Positions 20,048-30,230 of a stretch of 64,000 nt of DNA are shown here, in pieces. A program made the position numbers and the translations under genes. The stretch spans positions 304 to 64,303 of the forward strand of contig JAIPHU010000003.1 of NCBI GenBank assembly GCA_021735045.1, read 5' to 3'. Below the pieces are notes generated by a model, which saw only the letters and a list, made by a program, of their open reading frames with translations, did no database searches and was not told where the DNA came from. Each line of letters opens with the position of its first letter. Positions within the stretch are counted from its first letter, which is position 1. The stretch comes from Candidatus Omnitrophota bacterium (GTDB lineage: Bacteria > Omnitrophota > Gorgyraeia > Duberdicusellales > 4484-171).

Positions 20048-22051
20048 CTATCTTAAAATAATACCTTTTTTATCATGAAGCTTTTCTCGAATTTGATTAT
20101 GATAAATATCTACCTGATCAGAGTTTAAAGTTTTCTGACTAGATTGATAAAAAAGGCGCAAAGTAAAACCAAAATGATCTTTGGGTAAATTTTTACCTTG
20201 GTAAGTATCAACTATTTTAAGATCAGATAAATACTGGCTTCCTTCTTCTATTATTTTGCTTATTTTCCTAAACTTTATATTTTTATCGATAGCTAAACTT
20301 ATATCTCTCCACACAGCAGGAAATTTAGAAAAAGACCTAAACTTTTTACCTTTTTTTAATTGCTCCAACAAATCTAAATCAAGTTCGGAAATAAACAAAT
20401 CTTCTTTTAAGCCAAACTTGTTTTTCACTTTTTGATCCAGTTTAGCCATAAACCCGATAATTTTACCTTCGGCTTTAAGCTCTAAGGAATTACTGAAGCT
20501 TGCCATTGTATTTTCTGAAACTGCCGGTTTTATATTTAAATAACTGAGAACTTCCCAAACTGCCCCTTTTAACTGAAAAAACCTTTCTTTATCCCCAGTT
20601 ACTCCTAAAGATAAAAAAGAACTCTCTTTAACTTTATTCTTGCTCTTCTTCTTGTATATATCAGCAATTTCAAAAAAAGTTAGATCTTCTTTGCCCCGAT
20701 TTAAATTATGTTTTATGCTTTTTATCATCCCTAAAGATAACCTGGGCCTTAAGCTATTTTCTTGGCTACGCAGAGGATTCCTTAGGCTAAGGCCTCGTTC
20801 TTTTGTAATTATTGCTAGCTCTTTTCTATTTTCCATGCTGTAGGTAATTATTTCTGAAAATCCTAATAAAGCAACAAAATCTCTTATTTTATTCTTAAAT
20901 TTCCAGCTATTTTCTTCTTTGTCTAAAACCGGATTTTTTTTCAAATCTTTTATCACAAAAGGTAGCTTCGCTTTAATTTTATTATACCCATAAATTCTTG
21001 CAAACTCCTCATAAACATCAACTTCTCTAGCTAAATCAAAACGAGATAAGGCTGGTTTGACTTTTATTTTATCAGCTGAAACTTTTTTTACTTTACAATT
21101 AAGAGAGTTTAATATTTTTTTGACCTCTGGTAGCCTAAAATCTGTACCCAGATAATTTTTCATTTTAGTTAAACTTATAGTTATTTGCTTTGGCTTTTCT
21201 TCGGTTTTCCTACCCACTTTTTTGTAGCCGCCAAATTCACCTTTTGCTAATTTTAGAATTAAATCTACTGCTTCGCCAGATGCATATTCTAGACAAAGTT
21301 CTGATACTCTTCTTTCAAAACGATAAGAAGATTCAGTATCAAGGCCAACTCCTCGCCGCGACCGGCGGACAGTAGTTGGGGAAAACTTTGCCGCCTCTAA
21401 AAATATATTTTTAGTATCTGCGGTAACTTCGGTGTTTTTTGCTCCCATAACACCTGCTAAAGCGATAACTTTCTTGCTGTCGGCAACTACTAAGTTCTCT
21501 GGCGTTAAGGTTCTTTGCTTTTGATCAATGCCGATAAAATTTTCTTTATCTTTTGCCCTCCTTATACAAATATCTCCTTCTATTTTATCTAAATCAAAAG
21601 CATGAAGAGGATTGCCCCATTTAAGCATACAGTAGTTTGTAGCATCGACAATATTATTTACCGACGCTATTTTACAATTTATAAGAAGTTTTTTCAGCCA
21701 CTCTGGTGATTGCCCTACTTTTGTCTTTTTTATTGTTCTACCTAAATAGTAAGGGCAATCTTCTAAATTATTTATTATAATTTTCTTTTTTTCTATCTTG
21801 GGGGTAGTTTTTGTCCGAGGATATTTTAGGTTTATTTTTTTACCTGATACCGCAGCAACTTCTTGTGCAATCCCTATGATTGAAAGCCAATCATACCGGT
21901 TGGTGGTAACTTCGGCAGAAAATACCCAATCATCAGCAGTTTTTTCTAAATTTTCTATTTCTAGGCCAGCTGAAGTAAGCAGCTTGGCAAGCTCTTGCGC
22001 CGAACTTTTTATATCTACAAATTGTTTTATAAAATTTAAGCTAAAATCCAT
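20048..22051 (-). CDS. pheT: Phenylalanine--tRNA ligase beta subunit (short form, 667 aa)
   Basis: Downstream of pheS. B3/4 and B5 domains and a C-terminal anticodon-binding-like region. Shorter than canonical ~800 aa. Confidence 0.75.
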   Translation of the reverse strand: MDFSLNFIKQFVDIKSSAQELAKLLTSAGLEIENLEKTADDWVFSAEVTTNRYDWLSIIGIAQEVAAVSGKKINLKYPRTKTTPKIEKKKIIINNLEDCPYYLGRTIKKTKVGQSPEWLKKLLINCKIASVNNIVDATNYCMLKWGNPLHAFDLDKIEGDICIRRAKDKENFIGIDQKQRTLTPENLVVADSKKVIALAGVMGAKNTEVTADTKNIFLEAAKFSPTTVRRSRRGVGLDTESSYRFERRVSELCLEYASGEAVDLILKLAKGEFGGYKKVGRKTEEKPKQITISLTKMKNYLGTDFRLPEVKKILNSLNCKVKKVSADKIKVKPALSRFDLAREVDVYEEFARIYGYNKIKAKLPFVIKDLKKNPVLDKEENSWKFKNKIRDFVALLGFSEIITYSMENRKELAIITKERGLSLRNPLRSQENSLRPRLSLGMIKSIKHNLNRGKEDLTFFEIADIYKKKSKNKVKESSFLSLGVTGDKERFFQLKGAVWEVLSYLNIKPAVSENTMASFSNSLELKAEGKIIGFMAKLDQKVKNKFGLKEDLFISELDLDLLEQLKKGKKFRSFSKFPAVWRDISLAIDKNIKFRKISKIIEEGSQYLSDLKIVDTYQGKNLPKDHFGFTLRLFYQSSQKTLNSDQVDIYHNQIREKLHDKKGIILR

Positions 22052-22055
22052 AATT

Positions 22056-23105
22056 TTAAAGAGGAAATTGTTTTAGAAAATTTTTATCGTTTTCATAAAA
22101 AAGCCTAATATCATTTATTTGATATTTTTGCATAATAATTCTATCCACACCCATCCCAAAAGCAAAGCCTTGATATTTTTTACTATCTATATTGCAAGCT
22201 TCTAATACATTCGGATGAATCATCCCGCAGCCTAATATCTCAAGCCAGCCTTTGCCTTTACAAACCGGGCATCTCTCTTTGTTTTTTTGTTTATTTTTCT
22301 GCGAACAAATGACACATGAAACATCGACTTCGGCAGAAGGTTCAGTAAAAGGAAAAAAATGAGGCCGGAACCGCAGTTGAACCTCCTGAGAAAAAAACTG
22401 CCTGGCAAAATAAAGAAGAACTCCCTTTAGGTGCGAAAAGCTTATATCTTGGCCAACTACAAACCCTTCTATTTGATAAAACATAAAAGAATGAGTTGCA
22501 TCCACTACATCAGGCCGATAAACCCTTCCCGGAGAAATAACAGCTAAGGGAGGGTCAACCTGCTGCATAATTCTAATTTGGGAAGGAGAAGTATGGCTTC
22601 TTAATAACCAGCTCCCACTTTTTTTATCTTTTTTGTCTAAATCTAGGTAAAAAGTATCAAAAGCATCCCGGGAAGGATGGTCAAGCGGAATATTTAAAGC
22701 AGAAAAATTATGCCACTCATCCTCGACCTCATTACCTTCAATAACATTAAACCCTAACTCTTTAAAGATCAAACATATTTCTTTTGTTACTGAACTTAAA
22801 ATATGTATTGATCCTTTTTGAGGATACTTAGCTGGATAAGTTAAATCTATTTTTTCTTCCTTCTGGACTTCCTTTGACAACTTTTCTTTGATAGCCGAAC
22901 TTATTTTATTTTTTAAAATATTCAGTTCTTTACCCCAGTGGCCTCTTTCTTGTTTAGCTAAATTTGGGATATTAGAAAAAAGCTGAGAAATTTTAGACTT
23001 TCTGCCCAAATATTTTACCTTTAGATTCTCTAGAGAATCTTTATTTTCTGCTTTTTCTAAATCTTTCTTAAATGATTCTTTTATGTTTTTTATTTCTTCT
23101 GCCAT
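22056..23105 (-). CDS. pheS: Phenylalanine--tRNA ligase alpha subunit
   Basis: Class II aaRS motifs (FRPHFFPFTEPS, GFAFGMGVDR), 349 aa. Confidence 0.85.
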   Translation of the reverse strand: MAEEIKNIKESFKKDLEKAENKDSLENLKVKYLGRKSKISQLFSNIPNLAKQERGHWGKELNILKNKISSAIKEKLSKEVQKEEKIDLTYPAKYPQKGSIHILSSVTKEICLIFKELGFNVIEGNEVEDEWHNFSALNIPLDHPSRDAFDTFYLDLDKKDKKSGSWLLRSHTSPSQIRIMQQVDPPLAVISPGRVYRPDVVDATHSFMFYQIEGFVVGQDISFSHLKGVLLYFARQFFSQEVQLRFRPHFFPFTEPSAEVDVSCVICSQKNKQKNKERCPVCKGKGWLEILGCGMIHPNVLEACNIDSKKYQGFAFGMGVDRIIMQKYQINDIRLFYENDKNFLKQFPL

Positions 23106-23596
23106 AGGCTTATTTTTATAAGGTAAATGACTCCTATTGTCAAGAAGATTACCATGCTAACCAAAGCAAACTTCTTTTTTTTATCTGAAACTAAGTAACT
23201 GAGTTCTTTCCCTTGAGTTACTACCTCTAAGGCGGTTAAATGTAACCCCCTTTGATTATGGATGGGGCAATTTTTATAAAAAATGCCTTCTATCTCAACA
23301 ATATCGCCTTTTTCTTTGTAACTACCCCAATAATGGGCCTTTTCTAGCATTTCTTTTTCTGCTAGATAGACACCCATATTATAGTCATTTGCACCAAGAT
23401 TTAACCAAATTCCTGTATCGGTGGTAAGCGGCTCCCCAATTAATTCTGCCTTTAAAGAAACTCTTTTTTGGTCATATTTTTCGGGATTATCTACTAAAGC
23501 TTTTAAACTTATAGTTGGAGCTTGACTATAAGCAGTTAAAGAAAATAAAAGAGTTAAGATCAAAATAAAAAATGATAACGCACCCTTACTTTTCAA
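23090..23596 (-). CDS. Hypothetical exported protein with C-terminal membrane anchor
   Basis: Signal peptide, 168 aa, C-terminal hydrophobic helix. No recognizable catalytic motif. Confidence 0.3.
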   Translation of the reverse strand: MKSKGALSFFILILTLLFSLTAYSQAPTISLKALVDNPEKYDQKRVSLKAELIGEPLTTDTGIWLNLGANDYNMGVYLAEKEMLEKAHYWGSYKEKGDIVEIEGIFYKNCPIHNQRGLHLTALEVVTQGKELSYLVSDKKKKFALVSMVIFLTIGVIYLIKISLWQKK

Positions 23597-23683
23597 AGTC
23601 TGTATCCCCCTTTTTCTTATCTGCCCTGAACCGTGATTTTGTAAAACAAAATCTCTGGTTTGGGACTGTGTTCATCTCTATTC

Positions 23684-25168
23684 CTACTTTTTAAAAAATG
23701 ATAACAACGAACCAATCATTACCACAATTGCGATAAACTCCAACCGGCCGGCCCACATCTGTAATATATAAACCACCTTTAAGGCAGAAGGCATGCTGGG
23801 GTCAGTTATCCCCATCGACAACCCTACATTTGCAGTTGCCGAAACAGATTCAAATAAAGAAGCTATGCCCGGATAACCAAACCCTATCGCTACCAAAGCT
23901 CCGGCTACATAGGTAATTATAAATAAAATAAAGATAATAAAAGCTTCCTTTATTCGTTTATTAGTTACCAGTAAATTATTTAAATGATGAAATTTTTCTC
24001 GAAATACTGCCCCCGCTGGCATAATCCAGCGTTTAATCTCAATTAAAATTGTTTTAAAGATGATTCCAATCCTCATCAGTTTAATTCCCCCGGTAGTAGA
24101 ACAAACCCCGCCACCAATCATCATCGCAAAAATTACCGCCAAAAGAGAAAGCAAAGGAAATCCTCCTAAAACACCTTGTTCTAAGTTAGTAAAGCCACAT
24201 CCGGTGTGTGCAGATATAAGTTGATAAAATCCATTTCTAAATAAACCGGAAAAATTAGCACCCAAAAAAGGTAGATAAAGAAGTAAAAGTAATGAGAAAA
24301 AAGTGAAAATAAAAGTTCTGGTTTCAAAGTTTTTAAAAATTTCTTTTTTGTCTTTGTGCCAAAGCCAAAAATGTAAATTGAAATTAAAAGCTCCCAAGAT
24401 CATAAAAATAATCGTAGCTACCTCTAGATAAAAACTATGGTAATAAGCAATACTTTGTTTATAGGGGGTAAACCCTCCTGTATCAAAAGCAGCAAAAAAT
24501 AACCAAAATGCCTGGAATATTGATTTAACTGAAGATAAACCAATTCTATTTAATATCAGAAAATAAGCAGCAACCCCTAAAACCAAATAGATGAAACTAA
24601 CCTTCCAGATAAAGCGAGCTGTGCCAATAACATTTGGTAAAATTTTTTCTTGTCTACCTTCACCAATATAAAAACCTATTGCCACAGACCTTGCCTGGGC
24701 TAAAATTGAAAGGCTCGCTAGGATTATTCCTTGACCTCCGATAAACATGGTAAGATGGCGCCAGGTATTATGAGAAAAAGACATGTGATCTAGATCTTGC
24801 ACTAAAATTAGCCCAGTCGTAGCAAATCCACTCATTGCTTCAAACCAAGCATCCAGGAAAGAACCAAAATGCCCAGACAAAAAAAGAGGGATAGCCCCTA
24901 AAAGTGAAAAAGACAACCAACCTAAACTAACTGTAAAAAAAGTATGGACCCAAGAAATTTCCTTTTTGATTGGAAATAAAATTAATAAGATAAAACCTAA
25001 GGCCCCACTGAGGGTAGTTCCGATAAGAAAATCAAAAAAGGGAGAATTTTCGCTCATAACCACTGCCACCAAAAGTGGCACTAGCATAAAAAAGCTTAGG
25101 CCTAAGATCAACCTTCCTAGTAAATTTAAGATTGTGGATAAATCTTTTTTGGTAGGTGAAATTATCAT
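23684..25168 (-). CDS. trkH: TrkH/KtrB-family potassium transporter
   Basis: 494 aa polytopic membrane protein with repeated pore-loop GxG segments (TGGF, GGGV). Confidence 0.75.
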   Translation of the reverse strand: MIISPTKKDLSTILNLLGRLILGLSFFMLVPLLVAVVMSENSPFFDFLIGTTLSGALGFILLILFPIKKEISWVHTFFTVSLGWLSFSLLGAIPLFLSGHFGSFLDAWFEAMSGFATTGLILVQDLDHMSFSHNTWRHLTMFIGGQGIILASLSILAQARSVAIGFYIGEGRQEKILPNVIGTARFIWKVSFIYLVLGVAAYFLILNRIGLSSVKSIFQAFWLFFAAFDTGGFTPYKQSIAYYHSFYLEVATIIFMILGAFNFNLHFWLWHKDKKEIFKNFETRTFIFTFFSLLLLLYLPFLGANFSGLFRNGFYQLISAHTGCGFTNLEQGVLGGFPLLSLLAVIFAMMIGGGVCSTTGGIKLMRIGIIFKTILIEIKRWIMPAGAVFREKFHHLNNLLVTNKRIKEAFIIFILFIITYVAGALVAIGFGYPGIASLFESVSATANVGLSMGITDPSMPSALKVVYILQMWAGRLEFIAIVVMIGSLLSFFKK

Positions 25169-25280
25169 AACTAAATTTTAAAAGAGAAAAAGAAGTTTAC
25201 CCCTAATGCTAATAAATATCCTGTTAAGATAATAGCTAAACAGCAACAAATTTCTAGAACAATACCGAAAAATGATTTTA

Positions 25281-25946
25281 TCATACTTTTCCAATAAGAG
25301 ACTTAGTTAAATCTGTTTCGCTATCAATTAAGGTAGCAGCGATTATTTCATCTCCAGGAAGAATAGTAGTTGACCCGGAAGGAATAACTATTTCCGGTCC
25401 CCGTAACACAGAAATCAAAACTGAGTTAGGGGGAAGCTTAATATCTTTTAAAGACTTGTTAGCTACAGGAGAATCTTCCGGAATATCAACCCGAACGATA
25501 GAAAGCCTTCCTTTTTTAATACTCAAAAGATTCATCACATCAGAAAAAGAAGCTTCTTCTTCAACAACTCTAGCAATAATAGAAGTTGAATCCACTGGGT
25601 TATCCACTTTCATATACTTATACAAAGGGGTGTGCTTTGGATCATTAACTCTAGATACTGTTCTTTTTATTCCAAAAAGTTCCTTAGCTAGATACGAAAT
25701 AATTATATTATCTTCATCACCGGAAGTTGCAGCAACCGAAACATCGACTTTTTCTATTTGCGCTTCCCGCAATACATCTGGATAAGTTGCATCACCGCAA
25801 ATAATCATTATTTTGTCTAATTTTCTGGCTAGAGAATTACATAGCTCTCGGTCTTTGTCTATAAGGCAAACTTGATGCTTATCTTCTTTAAGCCTTTTTG
25901 CTAAAATTAAACCTAGACGGCCTGCTCCAGCAATTACTATATACAC
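25281..25946 (-). CDS. trkA: TrkA/KtrA potassium uptake regulatory protein (TrkA-N plus TrkA-C)
   Basis: IVIAGAGRLG Rossmann motif, 221 aa. Confidence 0.75.
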   Translation of the reverse strand: MYIVIAGAGRLGLILAKRLKEDKHQVCLIDKDRELCNSLARKLDKIMIICGDATYPDVLREAQIEKVDVSVAATSGDEDNIIISYLAKELFGIKRTVSRVNDPKHTPLYKYMKVDNPVDSTSIIARVVEEEASFSDVMNLLSIKKGRLSIVRVDIPEDSPVANKSLKDIKLPPNSVLISVLRGPEIVIPSGSTTILPGDEIIAATLIDSETDLTKSLIGKV

Positions 25947-26329
25947 TTTTTCAATACCTCGCCTAAAAGATACGTTTTATTAATTATAGTTAAGCCTTCC
26001 TCTCCAAATATCTTTTTCTTCATTGCATCATTTACTTGCAAAACTACTTTTTTTGTCTGATATTTCCTTTTAGCAACTTTGCCTACAACCAAATTAAGAT
26101 TATCATTGCCAGTAAGTAAAAAAAGGGCATCTGCCTCTTTTATCCCAGCTTTTTCCAAAGTAGCTACATCCAAGGCATCGGCCCATATTTTTTTACCATT
26201 GAAATCTTCTCTTAAAAAATCAAGATTTTTTAAGCTCTTATCAATAATAACTACATTTTCTTTGCCAGACAACTCCTCTGCTAAAGCCCTTCCCGTTCGG
26301 CTACAGCCAACAATAATTATATATTTCAT
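25937..26329 (-). CDS. TrkA-N domain protein (second, short KtrA-like regulator)
   Basis: IIIVGCSRTGRALAEEL Rossmann motif, 130 aa. Overlaps trkA by 10 nt. Confidence 0.6.
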   Translation of the reverse strand: MKYIIIVGCSRTGRALAEELSGKENVVIIDKSLKNLDFLREDFNGKKIWADALDVATLEKAGIKEADALFLLTGNDNLNLVVGKVAKRKYQTKKVVLQVNDAMKKKIFGEEGLTIINKTYLLGEVLKKCI

Positions 26330-26348
26330 AATATTTTTAAAAACTTCT

Positions 26349-26693
26349 TTAATTCTTTACTTTATCAACGATTTGACTAAAGACCTCTGGATTTTCTGAA
26401 GCAATCAAGGCCAAAACATTTCGAGAAAGAACTATATTGTTCTTTTTTAAATCATTAATTAGTTCCCGATAAGATGTTCCTCTTTCTCTAGCAGCTGCGT
26501 TAAGACGAGTAATCCATAAAGAACGAAACTCTCTTTTTTTCAGCCTTCTGTGATTATAAGCATAAACATAGGCTCGTCGTAAAGTTTCAACGGCCCTGCG
26601 ATAGTTCTTAGACCGCCTACCCCAATACCCTTTGGCCTGCTTTAATACTTTCTTTTTTCTTTTTCGAGAAGCTACAGGACTTCTTACTCTCAT
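26349..26693 (-). CDS. rplT: 50S ribosomal protein L20
   Basis: YAYNHRRLKKREFRSLWITRLNAAARE signature. Confidence 0.9.
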   Translation of the reverse strand: MRVRSPVASRKRKKKVLKQAKGYWGRRSKNYRRAVETLRRAYVYAYNHRRLKKREFRSLWITRLNAAARERGTSYRELINDLKKNNIVLSRNVLALIASENPEVFSQIVDKVKN

Positions 26694-26739
26694 AATCTTC
26701 CCCCCTTAGTTGGTGATAATTAATGTGTGATTACCTAAT

Positions 26740-26940
26740 CTAGGCAGAATAAGGTAAAGCTCTTTTTACCACTTTTTTAAGTTCTTTCGGCACCAGATCC
26801 TTTTTGCGTAAATTTCTTTTTCTTTTACGCCCTTTTCCGCTCAACAAATGCCTTCTGCCAGCTTTAGCTCTTAATGCCTTCTTCTTTTTTGTAATCTTAA
26901 TTCTTTTGGCAATTGATTTTCTTGTTTTTAATTTTGGCAC
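26740..26940 (-). CDS. rpmI: 50S ribosomal protein L35
   Basis: MPKLKTRKSIAKRIKITKKKK, 66 aa. Confidence 0.85.
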   Translation of the reverse strand: MPKLKTRKSIAKRIKITKKKKALRAKAGRRHLLSGKGRKRKRNLRKKDLVPKELKKVVKRALPYSA

Positions 26941-26971
26941 ATCTTCCTCCTCAGTATGTTGTCTATTATAG

Positions 26972-27478
26972 CTATTTCGGGCTTAAAGTAAATATCATAG
27001 TTTTGCCCCTCATCTTAGGCTCTTTATCTATTTGAGCTATAGGCTCTGTGTCTTTTATGATATTGTCTACAATTCTTCTTCCAATTTCTTTATGTGTGAT
27101 CTCCCTTCCTTTGTAACGCATTCTTATTCTTACTTTATGTCTTTTTTCTAAAAACTTTTTTATTCTTTTTAGTTTAACTTGATAATCATGTTCTTCCGTC
27201 CGTGGAGTAATCCTTACTTCTTTAAGTTGAGAATGCTTTTGATGTTTTTTTAGCTCTTTTTCTCTTTTGCTCTGCTCATACTTATATTTTGTAAAATCCA
27301 TTATCCGGCAAACCGGCGGTTTTGCAGAAGGAGCAATCTCAACTAAATCAAGGCCATGCTCCCTTGCTTTATCTAAAGCCTCCTTGCGGGTTACAACTCC
27401 TAACTGTTGCCCGTCGGGGCTGATTAGTCTTAACTTTTCTGCAACAACTCTCAAATTTACTCTTACTCTTTTCTTCAC
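26972..27478 (-). CDS. infC: Translation initiation factor IF-3 (GTG start abutting the thrS stop)
   Basis: VVTRKEALDKAREHGLDLVEIAPSAKPPVCRIMDF. Start codon GTG at 27476-27478, immediately after thrS TAG. Confidence 0.85.
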   Translation of the reverse strand: MKKRVRVNLRVVAEKLRLISPDGQQLGVVTRKEALDKAREHGLDLVEIAPSAKPPVCRIMDFTKYKYEQSKREKELKKHQKHSQLKEVRITPRTEEHDYQVKLKRIKKFLEKRHKVRIRMRYKGREITHKEIGRRIVDNIIKDTEPIAQIDKEPKMRGKTMIFTLSPK

Positions 27479-29185
27479 CTATTTAGCCTCCTTTTTTAAA
27501 AATTCTATCAACGGTTCTATTTTTTTTGACCCTAAGTTTTTCATCCCTCTTTGTCGTAATGAAATTGTTTTAGTCTCTTTTTCTCTTCTTCCTACAATCA
27601 CCATATAAGGTATCTTCAATAGTTCCTTTTTTCTAATCTTCTTTTGTAAAGTTTCTTCCCCTAGATCACTTTCGACTCTAAAACCTTCTTTTTCTAGATC
27701 TATTTTTACTTCTTTTGCATAATCAGCTACATCTTTGTTGATATTTAAGACACTAATTTGAGTAGGAGCAAGCCAAAAAGGCAAAGCACCTGCAAAATGT
27801 TCTACCAAAGTAGCTACAAATCTCTCTAAACTTCCCAGGATCACCCGATGAATCATCACTACTCTTTGATCATTATCTTCCTTGGAACGATAAGTCAAAT
27901 CGAACCTTTCCGGAATATTATAATCAAGCTGAATAGTAGCACACTGCCAGCTTCTTCCTATAGCGTCTTTTAAAATAATGTCTATTTTAGGCCCATAGAA
28001 AGCTCCGTCACCAGGATTAAGTTTATAGTTAAGTTTTTTCTTTTTTAAAACCTCTTCTAAGACATCTTCTGCCTGTTGCCAGTCTTTTTCTTTACCAATA
28101 AACTGGTCAGGACGGGTGCTTAGCTCAGCACTGTAGTCACTAAAGCCAAACTTATCCATAGTAAACTTAACAAATTCAATAACCCCTTCAATTTCAGAAT
28201 AAAGATCTTCTTTTTTACAAAAAATATGAGCATCATCTTGGGTAAAACCTCTCAGGCGAAGCAAACCGTGCAACACTCCACTTTTTTCAAAACGATAAAC
28301 CGTACCTAGCTCAAACAAACGAAGAGGAAGATCCCTAAAACTATGCAGTTTTGATTTATAAACCAGAATATGCCCCGGGCAGTTCATAGGCTTTAGAACA
28401 AATTCTTGTTCTTCTTTTTTAATCGGATACATATATTCTTGATAATAGTTAAGATGGCCACTTTGCTCCCAAAGATTTTTATTCAGAATATGAGGCGTAT
28501 TAATCATCTGATAGCCTCTCTTTAGATGCTGATCTATCTCCCAATCTGTAATAATCTTACGCAAAATCGCCCCTTGAGGCAGATAAAAAACTAATCCTGC
28601 CCCGGCTTGCTCAGGGTATATATCAAACAAGCCTAGTTCTTTGCCTAATTTCCGATGATCTCTTTTTTTAGCCTCTTCTAGCCGGTTTAAATATTTTCTT
28701 AAACTCTTTCGATCCGGAAAAACTGTCCCATAGATCCGGCTTAGTTGGGCATTTTTCTGATCGCCCCGCCAATAAGCTCCTGATACCGAAAGTAATTTAA
28801 AGTTTTTTAAGGCCCCCGTATCTTTTAGATGCGGCCCCTTACATAAATCTATAAAATCATTATGCTCAAAGGTTGAAACTTGATCTAGGCCAAGGTCCTT
28901 AATTAATTCTAGCTTATAGCTTTCCCCTTTTTTCTTGAATAGATCAATAGCTTCTGACTTAGTCAAATTTTTTTGGATAAAGGGAAGTTTTGCTTTAATC
29001 TCTTCTTCCATCAATTTTTCAATTTTGGGCAAATCCTCTTGGCTTAATCCCCCCGGGAGATCAAAGTCATAGTAAAAGCCCTCTTCAATAGCAGGCCCTA
29101 TACCCAACTTTGCATCCGGATATAACTTCTTAACTGCCGAAGCTAATACATGCGAACATGAATGTCGTAGGCGTTCTAAATCCAT
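27479..29185 (-). CDS. thrS: Threonine--tRNA ligase (568 aa, lacks an N-terminal TGS-like extension)
   Basis: Class II motifs, HRKLGKELGLF, zinc-ligand region. Followed by infC-rpmI-rplT as in the canonical operon. Confidence 0.85.
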   Translation of the reverse strand: MDLERLRHSCSHVLASAVKKLYPDAKLGIGPAIEEGFYYDFDLPGGLSQEDLPKIEKLMEEEIKAKLPFIQKNLTKSEAIDLFKKKGESYKLELIKDLGLDQVSTFEHNDFIDLCKGPHLKDTGALKNFKLLSVSGAYWRGDQKNAQLSRIYGTVFPDRKSLRKYLNRLEEAKKRDHRKLGKELGLFDIYPEQAGAGLVFYLPQGAILRKIITDWEIDQHLKRGYQMINTPHILNKNLWEQSGHLNYYQEYMYPIKKEEQEFVLKPMNCPGHILVYKSKLHSFRDLPLRLFELGTVYRFEKSGVLHGLLRLRGFTQDDAHIFCKKEDLYSEIEGVIEFVKFTMDKFGFSDYSAELSTRPDQFIGKEKDWQQAEDVLEEVLKKKKLNYKLNPGDGAFYGPKIDIILKDAIGRSWQCATIQLDYNIPERFDLTYRSKEDNDQRVVMIHRVILGSLERFVATLVEHFAGALPFWLAPTQISVLNINKDVADYAKEVKIDLEKEGFRVESDLGEETLQKKIRKKELLKIPYMVIVGRREKETKTISLRQRGMKNLGSKKIEPLIEFLKKEAK

Positions 29186-29216
29186 CTTGATTAAAATCCT
29201 AAATTCAGCCCAATTA

Positions 29217-29397
29217 TAAATATCAAATTACAAATGACAAATTAATTCCAAATCCCCAATACCAAATTTTGTTTTTCTTTTTATTATTATTGGGAAGAAA
29301 TCCACCGTTAAAAGTGCTCTTTCTAAGTTTGGCTGGTTTAGCATTTATAGTTTTTGTTTGTCATTTATTTGATATTTGACATTTGGATTTTGATTTT
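29217..29397 (-). promoter_or_regulatory. Long imperfect inverted repeat (arms ~29217-29257 and ~29353-29397) in the thrS leader
   Basis: atatcaaattacaaatgacaaa pairs with tttgtcatttatttgatat. Bracketed by tRNA-Val and the thrS ATG. Confidence 0.35.
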
Positions 29398-29405
29398 AAG
29401 GTAAA

Positions 29406-29480
29406 TGGGCGGTGTAGGATTCGAACCCACGACCCTCTCGGTGTAAACGAGACGCTCTAAACCAGCTGAGCTAACCGCCC
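29406..29480 (-). tRNA. tRNA-Val (anticodon TAC)
   Basis: Reverse-complement GGGCGGTTAGCTCAGCTGGTTTAGAGCGTCTCGTTTACACCGAGAGGGTCGTGGGTTCGAATCCCACACCGCCCA. Confidence 0.85.
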
Positions 29481-29660
29481 ATTAAAAATGCAACTATTTA
29501 GCGAATACCTTTATTTATGGCACTAAGCCGAATCCTTTAGCACAGTGCCTTATCCCTAATAAATTATACCGCAATAATAACAAGAATTAGCAAAAAAATC
29601 AACCCCTTTAGCTTTCCCTCTTATGCAACATTTCTGTTTGAACCTGTTTTGTTGCATAAG
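29479..29660 (-). repeat. Conserved intergenic two-hairpin element, copy 2 (interrupted by a ~75-nt insertion)
   Basis: 29479-29547 and 29626-29660 align with 290-393. Hairpin 1 ATGCAACA...TGTTGCAT abuts the V-ATPase K stop. The other end abuts the tRNA-Val 5' end. Confidence 0.6.
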
Positions 29661-29669
29661 GCTTTTTGA

Positions 29670-30116
29670 TTAAGCTGAAGGAAGTGCCATCATGCAAAAT
29701 ACCATTACAAACAAAGCGACTGTCTCAATTACCCCCAATACCGTTATGTATTGGCCAAAACCTTTACCTGTTTCAGCTAAAGCATCACAAGCGCGAGCCG
29801 CAGCCTTACCCTGCATATAAGCAGAAGCTGCCATGGCTAAACCAGCAATAAAACCTAGAATCATTAAGTAAATATAGTTTTGGGTACCCGCTGGTATATT
29901 TGCATTTTGTATTTGATTTCGTAAAATCATCCCATAAATAGTTTGAGTTAAAGGCGCCCCTACAAAAGCAACCATGGTAAACGGAGCTGTTTTGTTTTGT
30001 GAAAAAGCTTTTTTCCAAGCTCCAACCGCCGCCATCCCAGCAACACCTGTACCTAAAGCAGAACCAACTGCTGCAATAGCCAAAGAAAAATTAAGATCAC
30101 CTAATCCTTCTACCAT
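29670..30116 (-). CDS. V/A-type ATP synthase proteolipid subunit K (c)
   Basis: 148 aa, hydrophobic hairpins with GxGxGxA glycine zipper repeats, conserved acidic residue. Confidence 0.75.
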   Translation of the reverse strand: MVEGLGDLNFSLAIAAVGSALGTGVAGMAAVGAWKKAFSQNKTAPFTMVAFVGAPLTQTIYGMILRNQIQNANIPAGTQNYIYLMILGFIAGLAMAASAYMQGKAAARACDALAETGKGFGQYITVLGVIETVALFVMVFCMMALPSA

Positions 30117-30230
30117 TTTTACCTCCTTTTTATTAGAAAATAGATAATAGAAATTAGAAGCTAGAAAAATATTTTACTTATTATTTTTTTATATTCTCTA
30201 ATTTCTATCTTCTCTTTTCTATCTTCTTCT

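Noticed and set aside
25456-25785. 109-aa plus-strand ORF inside trkA
   Set aside because: Antisense shadow ORF.
29666-30018. Small ORFs overlapping V-ATPase K on either strand (29666-29851 plus strand, 29806-30018 minus strand)
   Set aside because: Alternative frames of a clearly conserved proteolipid gene.
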